Shown one piece after another: positions 35,622 to 46,593 of a stretch of 64,000 nucleotides of DNA. The notes beneath the pieces are model-generated. The model was given only the letters and a program-made list of their open reading frames with translations, had not been told where the DNA came from and ran no database searches. Position numbers and translations under genes: made by a program. Source of the stretch: Elainellaceae cyanobacterium. GTDB taxonomy: Bacteria; Cyanobacteriota; Cyanobacteriia; CAZCXK01. The stretch lies in contig JBNPEB010000035.1 of NCBI GenBank assembly GCA_051117335.1, positions 67 through 64,066 of the forward strand, written 5' to 3'. Position 1 is the stretch's first letter. Each line of letters starts with the position of its first letter.

Positions 35622-37004
35622 TCATCCCCAATCATCACGATGCAGCTCATCTAAAAATGCTGAGATTTCAGCCGCCAGCCACTCTTGCTCGATAGACGTT
35701 AGGGTTGAACCAAATCGGTGAGTTCTTACCCCTTCCTGCAATGCACATGAGCGGACGGGCATATTGTTGATTGAAAATCCTGTGTTGTCGTTAGCAGTAA
35801 TGCTGGAGAGATCGCGGGTGTTGCCCGTGACGGTGCGCTTCCAGAGCAAAATTTGGCGCACCAGGCGAAACCGATCAGGATACAGCTCGAAGTGAACACG
35901 GTTGGTTGCTCCTCCAATGGCTCGACTCATTAACCCCAATCCGACGAGCCAAAATGGGATCGAAAATAGGGCAAAAAATAGGGATGCACTGGCCGCGCCG
36001 ACCGTCCAAACGACAAGAAACGCATTCCAAAATAGGGCAAAAATGCCGAGTGATAGAGTGTGACTGTTAATTCCGGTGGGCGGAATTTGAATCGTCAACT
36101 GAGACGGATTGCGCTGGAGAGTGACCCGGCTGCGGGCAGGTTTTTGTAAGCGAACGGGCAGCGATCGCCCCTCGCTTTTCAGATCTACAGGTTCTCGCCG
36201 GAGCGCATCCAACGCCTCTTGAGCAGACTGGATGCGATCTTCTACAGCGGGTTCAAGCAAGCAATCGAGCCAGTTGGCGAATCGAGATGAAACCTGCACA
36301 TAGGGGCGAAAGTCTAGCTTTATCCGACGTTGGGGCAGATCGTCGGGCGATCGCCCCGTTAGCAAAAATACAATGGTCGCCCCTAGCGCATAGAGATCAG
36401 ATGCAGGAGTCACCTGTCCGCGAAACTGTTCAGGTGGCATGTAGCCAATCGTGCCGACGAAGGTGCCGCTTTTGCTGATGGTGTAACGGTAAATATCTTG
36501 AACGGCACCAAAGTCGACTAAAAAAATCGTGCCGTCTGGCTGGCGAATGATATTCTCAGGTTTGATGTCTCGGTGAATCACCGGGGGGCTGAGGCGATGA
36601 ATGTAGGTCAAAATATCCAAAATCTGAACCACAATTTCGGTGAGACTCGCTTCATCCAAATGCAAACCCTGTTTAATCAAATTGGCGAGCGAGTCACCCG
36701 GAATGAGGTCTCGAACCAGATAAAACTGGCGATCGCCTTCCGTATCAATGTGAAAGTAATCGACATAACGAGGAATGGCAGGGTGGTCGAGCGCTGACAG
36801 CACGTTTGCTTCTCGCTCGAGCAGCTCTAGCACCTTCCATTCACCCATTTGCCGAAGTGACACCGTTTTGATGGCAACCCGCTGCTGAGTGTGCAAATCA
36901 GTTGCTTCATAGGTGGTTCCCATGCCACCAACTCCCAATGGCGCAATGATTTGATAGCGATTGGCAATCGTGTCGTTGGTTTGATGTGAGGTTTCCACGC
37001 TCAT
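35622..37004 (-). CDS. serine/threonine protein kinase with C-terminal TM segments
   Basis: GVGGMG, VAIK, HRDIKPEN, DFG, YMPPE. Confidence 0.95.
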   Translation of the reverse strand: MSVETSHQTNDTIANRYQIIAPLGVGGMGTTYEATDLHTQQRVAIKTVSLRQMGEWKVLELLEREANVLSALDHPAIPRYVDYFHIDTEGDRQFYLVRDLIPGDSLANLIKQGLHLDEASLTEIVVQILDILTYIHRLSPPVIHRDIKPENIIRQPDGTIFLVDFGAVQDIYRYTISKSGTFVGTIGYMPPEQFRGQVTPASDLYALGATIVFLLTGRSPDDLPQRRIKLDFRPYVQVSSRFANWLDCLLEPAVEDRIQSAQEALDALRREPVDLKSEGRSLPVRLQKPARSRVTLQRNPSQLTIQIPPTGINSHTLSLGIFALFWNAFLVVWTVGAASASLFFALFSIPFWLVGLGLMSRAIGGATNRVHFELYPDRFRLVRQILLWKRTVTGNTRDLSSITANDNTGFSINNMPVRSCALQEGVRTHRFGSTLTSIEQEWLAAEISAFLDELHRDDWG

Positions 37005-37101
37005 TTCCCCAAACTGGTGAAAAGTACGAACGCTTATATACCTACTGTATCGAGAATCACCGTGCTAGACTAATCTAACCCAAGCCCTGTTACCCCGTGC
37101 T

Positions 37102-37338
37102 ATGACGACCAACCAACGGCTTGACCGCATTGATGAAAAGCTCGAAATCTTGATCGATCAGGTTGGCCGTCTCACCGAAGGGTTAACCGAGTTTAGATCT
37201 GACATGCGAGATATCAAAAATTCCATTCGTGAGCTGACCGAGACGAATCGTCAAGTCGCTGAAACCACACGCCAACAAGCTGAAACCACTGCAAATCTGG
37301 TACGCATCGTGGATCGACTCTTGGATGAGAGAAATTAA
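37102..37338 (+). CDS. small coiled-coil hypothetical protein
   Basis: Heptad pattern RLDRIDEKLE..; 78 aa. Confidence 0.65.
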   Translation: MTTNQRLDRIDEKLEILIDQVGRLTEGLTEFRSDMRDIKNSIRELTETNRQVAETTRQQAETTANLVRIVDRLLDERN

Positions 37339-38232
37339 TTAGGTTTTGATGCCTGTGGTTGCAATGCCGCGAATAAACTGACGTTGACCGATTAAAAATA
37401 GCCCAACCACTGGAACAGTCGCAATCACCACAGCCGCCATCAACAGTGACCAGCTATTGGTAAACTGCTCTTGGAATTCTGCTAGCGCAAGCTGTACCGT
37501 TCTCAGCTCAGGACGCGTCGTGAAAACGAGCGGCTTAAACAAGTCGTTCCACTCGCCAATGAACGTAAACAAAAATAAGGTGACGAGAGCAGGACGAGCC
37601 AGAGGAATTAAGACTCGAATCAAAATTTGCAGCCGAGTTGCGCCATCAACGGCAGCGGCTTCTTCTAACTCAACCGGAATCGTTGAAAAATATTGCCGCA
37701 TCAGAAAAATCCCGAAGCCGTTGGCAGCCGTTGGCAAAATGAGCGCGCCGTAGGTGTTAATCAGGTGTCCCCATTTCAGCACTAAAAAAATGGGGATGAC
37801 TAAAATTTGAAAGGGGATGACTAATGTGACGAGTACGACCAGCAAAACCGCCCGTCGCCCTCGAAAGGTGAGTCTCGCTAGCGCATATCCCGCTAGAGCA
37901 GATGTAACAATCTGACAGGCTGTAACGGCGATCGCTACCAGCGTCGAGTTTGCAAATGCGAGTAAAAAGTTAGCGCGTTCCCATGCGTCCTGATAGTTGG
38001 ACAATGACCACTGACGCAGAGATTCCAGACGAAGACTTGAGGCAGCTTCCGCTGGAACTAATGACATGAGCACAATCACCCCAATCGGGGATAAGACGAG
38101 TCCTGCGCCAATCACCAGCAACACTAGATTGAGCCATCGCATCAGACGATGAGGAAATGTTTGAGATGCTGAAAGCCGGACACCCTGAGAGTTAGTCATC
38201 GTAGTGAGAAGAAATAGCGGCAAAATTGCCAT
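37339..38232 (-). CDS. carbohydrate ABC transporter permease (MalG-like)
   Basis: ELEEAAAVDGA (EAA motif), FIGEWND. Confidence 0.92.
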   Translation of the reverse strand: MAILPLFLLTTMTNSQGVRLSASQTFPHRLMRWLNLVLLVIGAGLVLSPIGVIVLMSLVPAEAASSLRLESLRQWSLSNYQDAWERANFLLAFANSTLVAIAVTACQIVTSALAGYALARLTFRGRRAVLLVVLVTLVIPFQILVIPIFLVLKWGHLINTYGALILPTAANGFGIFLMRQYFSTIPVELEEAAAVDGATRLQILIRVLIPLARPALVTLFLFTFIGEWNDLFKPLVFTTRPELRTVQLALAEFQEQFTNSWSLLMAAVVIATVPVVGLFLIGQRQFIRGIATTGIKT

Positions 38233-38307
38233 TCACAAATCGATTGTGGATTTGTTTATTACTCTATCTCGACTTCTCACTGACTACTCATCCAATTGGA
38301 TGGCAAT

Positions 38308-38985
38308 CTATTCAGTAATATCTACAGGCGGATGATAGCCATGCTCAAACGCATAGCGGATTAATTGCGAGCGATTCTCTAACTGAAGTTTATTGAGAAT
38401 ATTGCTGAGATGGGTTTGCACCGTTCTCGGACTTAAGAACAGGCGATCGCCAATTTGCTTATTGGTAAAGCCCTGAATCACTTCTCCAAACACGCGTTTT
38501 TCTGCTGGAGTCAGTGGGAGTGGGTCAGGAGTCGGGGCAGGAGTTGGCTCGATTGCAGCGGGGGGCGTAGTTACGATAGATTGCTGCATGAGTTTGATAA
38601 TTTCAGAATTAAGTCGGCGCGATCGCTCCAGTTGGGACTCGATTTTGGCCACTAATTCTCTCGGTTCAAATGGTTTGACAAGATAATCATCAGCCCCCAT
38701 CTTATGTCCTTCGATGCGGTCGTCTACGTCTTTACGACTGGATAAAAAGATAAACGGCACCAACTGACCTGACCGCAACGCTCGTAGTCGGTGACAAAAC
38801 TCTAGCCCATTCATTTCGGGCATCAGCACATCAGACACGACAACATCAGGCACGTCCTGCTCGAACAGAGTGAGTCCTTCTATCCCAGAACAGGCATGAC
38901 GCACCGAGTACCCACGATTTGTGAGATAGCGATTAAGCGCAGTTGCGAGTGTGGTATCGTCATCAACGATTAGAATCTTCTTCAT
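38308..38985 (-). CDS. NarL/LuxR family response regulator
   Basis: Receiver domain plus LTPAE..SPRTVQTHLSNILNKL HTH. Confidence 0.93.
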   Translation of the reverse strand: MKKILIVDDDTTLATALNRYLTNRGYSVRHACSGIEGLTLFEQDVPDVVVSDVLMPEMNGLEFCHRLRALRSGQLVPFIFLSSRKDVDDRIEGHKMGADDYLVKPFEPRELVAKIESQLERSRRLNSEIIKLMQQSIVTTPPAAIEPTPAPTPDPLPLTPAEKRVFGEVIQGFTNKQIGDRLFLSPRTVQTHLSNILNKLQLENRSQLIRYAFEHGYHPPVDITE

Positions 38986-39308
38986 GGGGCGAGTCGATGA
39001 TCATTTTGCTATCCAGTGTTCCCGTTCGTGCAATTTGGTAAACATTGCATGTAGGCCCAAATCAAGTTCGAGACTAAAAATCTTCTATATCCGACCCGTT
39101 TCTGTAATACTGCTATCGGTTGCATCGTTTATGAATCTGATACGCTGCCCAAAAACTGGATAATCGTGTCTAATTTGCTGTGCAATCTAACTGTTCGACC
39201 TAAAATTAACACTGTTAAATCACACCCGTTTTTTAGGGTGTCCAGCAGCCACACAATCACCAGATTCTAAAAATTGTTGAGTTTGCGTACACGCTTAGAT
39301 CAGCCGCT

Positions 39309-40736
39309 ATGTATCAAAAAATCACCCCTCCCACGACTGGTTCTCGGATCACATTCAAGGATGGCGAACCCATTGTCCCAGACGATCCCATCATCCCGTT
39401 TATTCGAGGAGATGGAACGGGGGTAGACATTTGGCCTGCGACTCAGCACGTCTTAGATGCAGCAATTGAGACGGCTTATGGTGGCAAGCGCAATGTGAAC
39501 TGGTTCAAAATTTATGCTGGAGATGAAGCCTGCGACGTGTACGGCGACTTTCAGTATTTACCCGAAGATACGCTGCAAGCAATCCGAGACTACGGGGTTG
39601 CCATCAAAGGTCCGCTCACGACTCCGGTTGGTGGAGGCATTCGGTCTTTAAATGTGGCATTGCGACAGATTAATGCTCTCTATGCCTGCGTCCGCCCTTG
39701 CAAGTATTATCCAGGCACTCCCTCGCCTCATCGGAGCCCTCACAAATTAGATGTGATCGTCTATCGAGAGAATACAGAAGATATTTACCTCGGTATCGAA
39801 TGGAAACAGGGTAGTGACGTGGGCGATCGCCTCATTAAGCTCCTAAACGAAGACCTGATTCCAGCAACGCCTGAACACGGTAAAAAGCGAATTCCCCTTG
39901 ACTCTGGGATTGGGATCAAACCCATCAGCAAGACCGGCTCTCAACGACTCGTGCGACGAGCCATGAAGCATGCCCTTCGACTACCCAAGCCCAAGCAAAT
40001 GGTGACTTTGGTGCATAAGGGCAACATCATGAAATATACGGAAGGAGCATTTCGAGATTGGGGCTACGAACTGGCGATTACCGAGTTTCGTGCAGACTGT
40101 GTCACCGAGCGAGAATCCTGGATTCTTAGTAATAAGGAAAATAATCCCGACATTTCAATCGAAGCAAATGCCCAGCAGGTCGAACCTGGATATGCATCGT
40201 TGACAAAAGACAAAAAAGCAGAGATTTGCGAAGAAGTGAAAGCAACTCTCGATGCCATCTGGTCAACTCATGGAAACGGTCAATGGAAAGATAAAATCAT
40301 GGTCAATGACCGCATCGCTGACAGCATTTTTCAGCAAATTCAAACTCGCCCAGATGAGTACTCCATCCTTGCCACAATGAATTTAAACGGCGATTATCTC
40401 TCAGATGCAGCAGCGGCAATTGTCGGAGGGCTAGGAATGGGCCCAGGCGCAAATATTGGTGACACCTGCGCAATTTTCGAAGCCACCCACGGCACTGCGC
40501 CTAAGCATGCAGGGCTCGATCGAATTAATCCGGGTTCTCTGATCTTGTCGGGAGTCATGATGCTGGAATACTTAGGATGGCAAGATGCTGCTGATTTGGT
40601 GAGAAAAGGAGTTGGCGCAGCAATTTCTAGCCGAAATGTGACCTACGATCTGGCACGCATGATGGAACCCCCCGCTCAACCGCTAAAGTGTTCCGAGTTT
40701 GCAGACGCAATTATCAGTTACTTCGGTGATTCATAA
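39309..40736 (+). CDS. icd: NADP-dependent isocitrate dehydrogenase
   Basis: [41 protein letters not shown]. Confidence 0.97.
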   Translation: MYQKITPPTTGSRITFKDGEPIVPDDPIIPFIRGDGTGVDIWPATQHVLDAAIETAYGGKRNVNWFKIYAGDEACDVYGDFQYLPEDTLQAIRDYGVAIKGPLTTPVGGGIRSLNVALRQINALYACVRPCKYYPGTPSPHRSPHKLDVIVYRENTEDIYLGIEWKQGSDVGDRLIKLLNEDLIPATPEHGKKRIPLDSGIGIKPISKTGSQRLVRRAMKHALRLPKPKQMVTLVHKGNIMKYTEGAFRDWGYELAITEFRADCVTERESWILSNKENNPDISIEANAQQVEPGYASLTKDKKAEICEEVKATLDAIWSTHGNGQWKDKIMVNDRIADSIFQQIQTRPDEYSILATMNLNGDYLSDAAAAIVGGLGMGPGANIGDTCAIFEATHGTAPKHAGLDRINPGSLILSGVMMLEYLGWQDAADLVRKGVGAAISSRNVTYDLARMMEPPAQPLKCSEFADAIISYFGDS

Positions 40737-40778
40737 GTGTTTTAATCAGGGTTTTGATTAATTGAGTGCCCCTCTGAA

Positions 40779-41984
40779 CTATTGAGGCGAAACGGTGAAT
40801 TGTCTAGCCCCAGGTAAGTAGTTAGGTCCGGTTCGACTAACGACTGCTGAAGTTGGAGAGGTTTGACTTGATTGAGGCTGTGGGTAACTTTGAGGCGGAG
40901 GTGTATATGCTGGGGCTCCGCCATTTGGGACACCTGTTCCAGGAAATTGGTTAGGAGATAACACCGTTCCGCTCTGATTCGGAGCCGTTGGTGGAACGAT
41001 GGATGGGGCCGTGAATGCTCCAGGCTGACGTTGCAGTGAGTTCGGTGTGCGTCCCGAGGTGCTCGGTGCTGACGTTGAAGGGACAGCCAACGTTGGCGGG
41101 AGTGTATACCCCGTTGTACCTGGAGCAGGTGATGTCTGAAAATACGGAGAACTGCTGGGAATCGTCTGATTCTGACCAGCCACTCCTGACGAAGATGGAT
41201 TGGGTGAGGTGGTGCTAGATGAGTTGGGGGAAAATTGTTGTGGTGTGGATGGGGCAGGCGAATTATATCGCTCTAGAGCAGATTGTAGAGGGTTGACAGG
41301 TGGCTGTACCGAACCTGGACTAGACGAGGCAGCCCCGTTTGCTGGCGATGAAAGGCTACCAAAGCTCGGTAATGCTAAGCTAGGGCTTGCCAAACTAGGA
41401 CTGCTATTCGACGGAACCGCACTAGAAAAATTAGCAGAACTCGGTAGATCATTACTTGCATCGTTTGACGCAAATGGATTCAGAAGTGAGCGATCGCCCT
41501 CCCTTGCACCTCCAGATTCAGCCTCTAACGAACCAGGCGCGGTCAAAAGCTGGTCAGACAACAAAGAACTCGGATCATCCGGGGCTTGAGTCAACGCGTC
41601 ATCGGATGTGCCATCCTGGCCAAATCCCTGGATTTCATCAAACAAGAGCGGCAAGCTGTCAATATCTGCTCCAATCGCGTTATCCTCTGCGGGGGGGAGC
41701 GCTTCAGACCCATTTTGATTGGCTGCTTCTTCTGAGGGGCCGTCATTGATGGGGGTGCGATCGCGCTGGTCAACCTGAAACCATTCAGGATGAGTCCAGT
41801 ACTCAACAATAAAAAATGTAGCCAGCACCAAAACAACACTGGCCCCCCAAAACATCGGACGTTTTACAAACTGGAGCCGAGCTTTGAGATAACGGAAAGA
41901 GGTTGGAAACTGATTTCGGAGTGGCATAGTTCTAAAATGCTCACGCATGCTTGCGAATGAACGAGTCTCGGCTAACCGAGCCAA
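40779..41984 (-). CDS. membrane-anchored Ser/Pro-rich hypothetical protein
   Basis: Single TM helix near the N-terminus, long low-complexity tail. Confidence 0.75.
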   Translation of the reverse strand: MARLAETRSFASMREHFRTMPLRNQFPTSFRYLKARLQFVKRPMFWGASVVLVLATFFIVEYWTHPEWFQVDQRDRTPINDGPSEEAANQNGSEALPPAEDNAIGADIDSLPLLFDEIQGFGQDGTSDDALTQAPDDPSSLLSDQLLTAPGSLEAESGGAREGDRSLLNPFASNDASNDLPSSANFSSAVPSNSSPSLASPSLALPSFGSLSSPANGAASSSPGSVQPPVNPLQSALERYNSPAPSTPQQFSPNSSSTTSPNPSSSGVAGQNQTIPSSSPYFQTSPAPGTTGYTLPPTLAVPSTSAPSTSGRTPNSLQRQPGAFTAPSIVPPTAPNQSGTVLSPNQFPGTGVPNGGAPAYTPPPQSYPQPQSSQTSPTSAVVSRTGPNYLPGARQFTVSPQ

Positions 41985-42169
41985 TCTATTGACTAATGAC
42001 GCTAAATTAGCCTATCGGTTTCTTGTTTGTCTTTATCCTAGTCTCTATTTCCGCAAGGACGCTGAATGAGTCAACAGTCTTCGCTAGGACTTAACATGCG
42101 AATCTGAGTCAGAAAAGTCAGTCTGTACAGACACGCATCAATCATCTTTCGTCCATGGGTATCCCTATT

Positions 42170-43369
42170 CTATTGAGAAGCCCTCACAAGGAGTAATGCT
42201 CCCATGCCAAATCCAAAAAGGTTAGGCAGCCAAGCGCTGACAATGGGTGTCAAAACGTCTGAGTGAGCGAGCGCGCTGCAAATCGAATAAAGCAAATAAT
42301 AGCTAAAAATAATAACGATACTAATAGCAAAGCTGGTCGCTCTACCAGTTCGACGTAGTCGACATCCTAAGGCAGATCCAACGATTCCAAAAACGACGCA
42401 TGCAAATGGAAGCGCATATTTTTCGTGGATTGTAATTAACAATCGTCTGAGTCTAGATTGACTCCCTCGTTGCCGCAGTAGTCTAACCCGTTCCCATGAT
42501 TCTGCCAGGTTCATTTCATTCGGATCTTGACGCTCGCTAGAGGCAATATCCAAGGGCGTCCGAGGAAGTTGGACCTGCTGATGTTGAAACTTCAGAATGT
42601 TGCTGTAAGAGCCATCTGCCGAAACTAAATAAATCGTGCCGTTAAAGAAGTCCCACGTCTTATCTGAAAAATTCCAGACGGCTGATTCTGCACTGATAAT
42701 CTGGTTCAGCTTTGCCTGAGTGAAATCTAGAACCGTCAGCCCGCGCATCTCTTTTCCGTCAAATCGACTGGCATAGAACAGGCGAGTGAGAACCTCGTCA
42801 CGACCATCTCCCTGAATTTCTTGATATTCCTGGTACAGAATATTTTCTTCTTGGAAATCGGGCCAGCGATCTTGTCCGAGTGCTCGTTCTAATGTCGTTG
42901 ACGCTCGATAATTAGCCGCTGGCACAATTAACTCATTAAATGTAAAGGCTAGACCCGTCACGGCAAAACTCAAAATAACTGCCGGAATGATCATCCGATA
43001 CACACTGATGCCACATCCCTTTAGAGCCGTTAGCTCACTATCGCTTGAAAGACGGCTATAGGTCATCAGCGTCGCTAGCAAGACAGACATCGGAAAGGCG
43101 TACGAAATAAATTCTGGAATTTTGAGCAACAGAATCTCAAGGGCTGTCTCAAGGGGTAATCCATATTCTGCAACCCGTCGAATCAGGTCAAATAGCGCCC
43201 CAACAGAAACTCCTAATGATGAAAATGCGCCGACCCCAAACAAGAATGGAAAAACCAGCTCGTTTGCTAAGTAGCGATCCATTACTGAAATTTGAGGAAT
43301 CCAGTTTTGGGGTTTGAGTCGATTATGTGGAAGTTTAGAAACGCCTGATGCCATATAGATAAGAGTCAA
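42170..43369 (-). CDS. LptF/LptG family permease
   Basis: MDRYL, SELTALKGCGIS, AWLPN motifs. Confidence 0.92.
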   Translation of the reverse strand: MTLIYMASGVSKLPHNRLKPQNWIPQISVMDRYLANELVFPFLFGVGAFSSLGVSVGALFDLIRRVAEYGLPLETALEILLLKIPEFISYAFPMSVLLATLMTYSRLSSDSELTALKGCGISVYRMIIPAVILSFAVTGLAFTFNELIVPAANYRASTTLERALGQDRWPDFQEENILYQEYQEIQGDGRDEVLTRLFYASRFDGKEMRGLTVLDFTQAKLNQIISAESAVWNFSDKTWDFFNGTIYLVSADGSYSNILKFQHQQVQLPRTPLDIASSERQDPNEMNLAESWERVRLLRQRGSQSRLRRLLITIHEKYALPFACVVFGIVGSALGCRLRRTGRATSFAISIVIIFSYYLLYSICSALAHSDVLTPIVSAWLPNLFGFGMGALLLVRASQ

Positions 43370-43601
43370 TTAGTTCGGCTGCGAATTAGATCATCATGAT
43401 GAACCCTGACTTATTATTTCGCAGATTGCGATGATTCTCATTGTACTGAGAGAAAAAAGATTGGGGATGTCGCACAATCGCCAGCAATTCTCAGTATGGA
43501 GAGGCGTTGCCAATGCGGGCAAGATTCCGCACTACGTTTCTATGCCCCTAGGGCTATACTTCTATGATATATCTTTACGCTCTCGCGTTAGGACGCTGAA
43601 C

Positions 43602-43638
43602 GTATGTAGAACCCGCGCGCCGCGCGGGTTCTACATAC
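43602..43638. repeat. REP-like perfect palindrome (18-bp arms)
   Basis: GTATGTAGAACCCGCGCG-c-CGCGCGGGTTCTACATAC with GTAG/CTAC feet. Confidence 0.7.
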
Positions 43639-43688
43639 AAACCTAAACTCGTAGGGCTATAAAAGGGACTGTTGAGCATGAGGTCGGC

Positions 43689-44531
43689 ATGGACTGGCAG
43701 GAAATTTCAGGCAATTGGGTATTAATTCCGCAACGCCCAACCGCAATCGTACATTTCTTAGGGGGAGCGTTTGTCGCAACGGCTCCTCAGGTTACCTATC
43801 GATGGCTGTTAGAGAACCTTGCCCAACAGGGCTATGCCATCATCGCCACGCCATTTGTGAACACCCTCGACCATGCAGTCATGGCCCGACAGGCGCTCAA
43901 TACCTTTGAGCAAGCGCTGGAGTACCTGCAAGGAACTGTGTTTAAGAAATATCTGCCAATCTATGGCGTCGGTCACAGTATGGGATGTAAGCTTCACGTG
44001 CTCATCTGTGCTGTGTTTGAGCAAGAACGAGCCGGCAATATCTTAATCTCGTTTAACAACTTTCCGGCAAAGCGATCGATTCCCTTCCTAGAGCAATTTT
44101 CTCAAGCCTCCTCGATAGTTGACACGATGCGTCAGTCATTTCCGATGGTGGCAGAATTTACTGACCAATTCATTAAAGTGTCGCCTGCTCGCGATGTCGA
44201 ATTCGTCCCCTCACCCAATGAAACCAATCAGATTATTGCAAACGAATATAACGTCTCTCGCAACTTGCTCATCAAGTTTAGAAAAGACGATATCGATCAA
44301 ACCCAATCATTAGCGGATATCATGCAGCAACGGTTTCCTGAGCTGACAACGCTACGTATCCTCAACGGCAATCACCTCACTCCCCTGGGTCAAGATATAA
44401 ACTGGCAGGCGGGCGAAACCTTCTCTCCAGTCGATGCGATCGCCCAAGCTGTTAAGCAAAACGTGTATCAAGATTTGAATGACCTCAAACGCAACCTGCT
44501 GATGTGGTTAAATCCCCTAGCGTCTGTGTAG
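43689..44531 (+). CDS. DUF1350 family alpha/beta hydrolase-like protein
   Basis: HFLGGAF, GHSMG, NILISFNN, GNHLTP. Confidence 0.88.
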   Translation: MDWQEISGNWVLIPQRPTAIVHFLGGAFVATAPQVTYRWLLENLAQQGYAIIATPFVNTLDHAVMARQALNTFEQALEYLQGTVFKKYLPIYGVGHSMGCKLHVLICAVFEQERAGNILISFNNFPAKRSIPFLEQFSQASSIVDTMRQSFPMVAEFTDQFIKVSPARDVEFVPSPNETNQIIANEYNVSRNLLIKFRKDDIDQTQSLADIMQQRFPELTTLRILNGNHLTPLGQDINWQAGETFSPVDAIAQAVKQNVYQDLNDLKRNLLMWLNPLASV

Positions 44532-44777
44532 CCAAGGGCGATCGCAAAACGCTAAACGCTAACTACTACCAATCAAACAGTTGCCTCAGCGACTAAAGTT
44601 CTCTTGACAGAGACGCTTTCCTTTTACTCTGCGAGAAGCTGCAAGCGTCTATAACCGCCGGACTAAAGTCTAAAGGAATCCCAGCAGAGACACCTACATA
44701 GACGCAAAAATTGGTACAGAATAGTGTTCGGGAGCGCTGCAAAAATCCGACCTTCGCTCACTTGCTCATGAACGCAA

Positions 44778-46478
44778 ATGGAGTCTAAGCCCATGATTCT
44801 CAAGAAAAAACCTGCCCTCGTGCTGACGTTGGGCGCTGCCGTTGCATTGATTGTGGGTGGGGGACTTGCCTACTGGTTTTTAACCAATCGTCGGTTATCA
44901 TCTGGCGATTTGCCCGTCGGGGTGACTGTTGTGCCCCAAAATGCTCTGATGACGCTTTCGTTTTCAACCGATGAAGCCAAGTGGGAACAGTTGCAGTCAC
45001 TAGGAACATCTGAAACGCAAACGACTCTCCAAGAAAATCTCAATAACCTGCGCGATCGCCTGCTGACCGAAAACGGCTATGACTATGCAGAAGACATTCA
45101 GCCTTGGGTCGGCGATGAAGTAACCGTTGCGTTTCTCTCCCCGTCCTCGAATCCGTCAGACGGCGACTCCGAGTCAAACGCGCAACCCGCTCCATCGGAC
45201 GAGCCGCAAGATGCCATTTGGATTTTGCCAATTACTGATCCCCTCCAGGCACAAGAATCATTAACAAAGTCTGAGGAGGCAGATGCCGAGGAAGCAACTA
45301 CGCGGGAGTATAACGGGCTTGATATCCGAGAATTTTCTGGCGAGTCTGGTCAAGGCTATGCGGCTACCGTGATCGATCGCCAGTTTCTCGTCGTCTCAGA
45401 TGCGCCCGCCGCTATCGAGCAAGTCATCGATACCTTCAAAGGGCAAGATTCTGTGGCCCAAATTCCGGGATACCGGCAAGCACTGCGCCAAGTTGCAGTT
45501 GCCGATCCGTTTCTTCAGACATATGTCAATGTGCCTGTCGCGAGTCAGATTGCCGCCAATAACAACCAACCTATTCCGTCTCAGGGCTTAGCTTCACTCC
45601 AAAATAATCAAGGATTTGCCGCAACAGTTATTTTAGGTGAGGAAGGCGTTGAGATTCAGGGCATCGCGTGGCTGAATCCAGATAGCGCGGCCACCTATGA
45701 GGCAAAAAATGCGGCTCGTCGAATGCCAGAATTCCTTCCTACCGAAACACTCACAATGGTATCGGGTGGTAATTTGCAGCAGCTATGGCAAAATTACAGC
45801 GAACGAGGAGACACCACGTCTGGGGGGCCATTTAGCCCTAATAATCTGCGAGCGGGGCTGCAGGCAACAACGGGCTTAAATATGGATGATGACCTGATAG
45901 CGTGGATGGATGGAGAGTTTGCGTTGGCGCTAGTCCCCACTGCTGAAGACACGGCAGAAGGGGGCGGGGTCGGTGTTTTATTTATGGTGCAAGCGAGCGA
46001 TCGCACTGCCGCTGAACAGACGCTAACCAAGCTTGATGAGGTTATGGAGAGCCGATATCGCTTTCAGGTTAATGAAACTGAAATCAGCGGTGCAAATGTC
46101 GTTCAATGGACGCAACCCCTAGCAGGACTGACGCTAACCCGGGGATGGCTAAACAATGACGTGACCTTCTTAGCCTTTGGTCCGATTGCAGACGGCTTCT
46201 TACCTAACCCCAACACGGCGCTAGATGAAAACAGTCTATTCCAGCAAGCAACCGCGTCTGGGCTAGAGCCAAACAACGGTCACTTTTTTGTCAATCTCGA
46301 AGCAATGAACAGTGCCGATGCTAATGTACCGCTTCCAAGTCTTCCCCCAAAGAATCAGGCATTTGTGAATGCAATTCGCGCCATTGGCGTCACCTCTGCC
46401 ATTGAAAATGAATACAGCACCCGATACGACATTTCCGTCTTACTTAAAACCAGCGCTGACTCTGAGCCGTCAGACTAG
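44778..46478 (+). CDS. DUF3352 domain protein
   Basis: N-terminal TM, DIQPWVGDE, WMDGEFALA. Confidence 0.82.
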   Translation: MESKPMILKKKPALVLTLGAAVALIVGGGLAYWFLTNRRLSSGDLPVGVTVVPQNALMTLSFSTDEAKWEQLQSLGTSETQTTLQENLNNLRDRLLTENGYDYAEDIQPWVGDEVTVAFLSPSSNPSDGDSESNAQPAPSDEPQDAIWILPITDPLQAQESLTKSEEADAEEATTREYNGLDIREFSGESGQGYAATVIDRQFLVVSDAPAAIEQVIDTFKGQDSVAQIPGYRQALRQVAVADPFLQTYVNVPVASQIAANNNQPIPSQGLASLQNNQGFAATVILGEEGVEIQGIAWLNPDSAATYEAKNAARRMPEFLPTETLTMVSGGNLQQLWQNYSERGDTTSGGPFSPNNLRAGLQATTGLNMDDDLIAWMDGEFALALVPTAEDTAEGGGVGVLFMVQASDRTAAEQTLTKLDEVMESRYRFQVNETEISGANVVQWTQPLAGLTLTRGWLNNDVTFLAFGPIADGFLPNPNTALDENSLFQQATASGLEPNNGHFFVNLEAMNSADANVPLPSLPPKNQAFVNAIRAIGVTSAIENEYSTRYDISVLLKTSADSEPSD

Positions 46479-46593
46479 CTGACTCGATTCGTTTCTATTT
46501 CTCATGAGGAGCAAGACTCGATAGGATAGAGAGAGATACTAAACGAATCTGCTTAATATTCAATTTTTGACAGACCTACGGGGAGATATCTGG

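Noticed and set aside
39000-39308. NtcA site upstream of icd
   Set aside because: No GTA-N8-TAC match found by eye
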